A DNA stretch of 56,846 bases, the filler included, from Basidiobolus ranarum (taxonomy: Eukaryota): NCBI GenBank assembly GCA_040143965.1. It is 4 parts of 4 records of this genome, joined end to end, with 100 filler letters (N's around TTAATTAATTAA, not from the genome) between each part and the next. Parts side by side here need not be neighbours in the genome. Positions count along the whole stretch, not along the records: positions 42,731 to 56,846 come from JASJQH010007317.1; 3 more parts are not named here. One strand, given 5' to 3'. Position numbers and translations under genes: made by a program. The number at the start of each line of letters is the position of its first letter. Position 1 is the first letter of the stretch. The notes beneath the pieces were generated by a model. It was not told the origin of the DNA. It ran no database searches and was given only the letters and a program-made list of their open reading frames with translations. Below are positions 55,550-56,846 of this stretch, in pieces.

Positions 55550-56846
55550 TTGACTTCAAATTTCATTATAATATTTATGCATCACTGATATTGGGAATTG
55601 CTTCGATTCATTCCAAACCAATAAAACCTTTAAAATAACATTTATTGTGTTTGTGATCTGATAAGTGGTAAAAATATCTCCATTCACTTGACTATGAAGA
55701 GAAATGATTAGTGATAGAGATACCTACGCTCTATACAAAATCATAACAAGGAACCATTAAACGCACTTCTTCACTGACACTCTCTTCTCTGGAGCACTAT
55801 GCTAGGCCTATTCTTTATGCAAACCAATACTACATAAACTGCCTCATTACTTGATGTATCTTAAAGGCAATTTGTTACAACAACGCATACACTCAATGTA
55901 ATCGGTACAACGTCACATGTTACTGCGATATGAAATTTCCTCTGCCTAAGAATTTTTGCTTACATTAATTTGTGCAGTGTGTCACTATTACCATTCCAAC
56001 CATAATTTGCTATTCAAGCAACAATTGTGTAATGTGTAAGACACATAGCAATAAAGTTTACTGCCTAGTAGTATAAGTTGGTGGATGAACCTCATCCATG
56101 ATAGCCAGGTGAAGTTTCTCACCTGCATGGTATGCAAATGAAAAAATATAACTATGTCAATTTATGCATATACTCAGATATATTTGCTTGCACACCTGTA
56201 CTCAAAATCAAACTTAAGCTGCAAGAAATTTCTTGGCCTCTACTTTGATTGTGGTAGTGAGCTTAAAAAATGTTAGTGGATAATGTTCAAAGTGATAACT
56301 AGGAAGCAAAATGGGGATGGATGTGTAGTAGTCAACTTGAAAACTGCTGGTGGATGAGATAGATTATGGTAGTCAACTGGCCAAATGTTGGTGGATGAGG
56401 TAAAAATAGGCAGTGTGGTGCACCAATATACAAAGTTGTTTAACTTATACCATATTTATACAACTTGTATGAATATCTATTCAGTTTATCATCAATGCTA
56501 ACTAGTCACCTGACCTTATCCAGTGACTCTGTCATATGACCTATCACATCACTAACTATCTATTCTCTTATCCCTTCTACCGGATCATATGACCACTCAC
56601 AGGATTATTATCCAATCAGTATTAACCTCCAAGTCATCTGCCCAGACACAAGTCAATATGAGTCATGAGAATCATAATCAATGATCTTTCACTGCCAAGA
56701 CTTCAGCTGATGCATGACTCACTTATCTATCTATCTATCTATCCAATCACATTTTCTTCTATCAGAATTAGTCATCTAATATCTTGGCACTGACTAATTC
56801 ACTTTGCTATCAAAAAGTATAAATAAAGCTAACTGAACCTTTTGGT

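Overview
Eukaryotic (fungal) genomic DNA of roughly 35-40% GC (estimated by eye) with short GT-AG introns. The gene content (chitin deacetylase, DHH1, mitochondrial IF2, PA-domain subtilisin, Ig-like/multi-TM surface protein) fits an early-diverging fungus such as Basidiobolus (inference only). The window is NOT one contiguous locus. It is four contigs of decreasing size (14168, 14134, 14128 and 14116 bp) joined by artificial 100-nt N44-TTAATTAATTAA-N44 linkers, so adjacency across linkers is meaningless. Contig 1: DHA2-type MFS transporter, a decayed casein kinase I pseudogene, a large Ig-like/6-TM membrane protein, a small ORF with a mitochondrial-type presequence, and an inverted pair of a dispersed repeat. 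Contig 2: YBT1/MRP-type ABCC transporter, an intronless bacterial-type agmatine deiminase, and the start of a chitin deacetylase. Contig 3: two tandem paralogous 133-aa Cys/basic N-terminal proteins, a ~2 kb decayed coding relic, a HAD phosphatase, a 4-finger C2H2 gene, repeats plus a probable CACTA/EnSpm transposase relic, and an intronless 447-aa orphan ORF. Contig 4: MATE transporter 3' end, DHH1, mitochondrial IF2 and a secreted S8 protease. Best novelty candidates: the paralogous small-protein pair, the orphan 447-aa ORF, the Ig-like + XK-like membrane protein, and the HGT-like agmatine deiminase.
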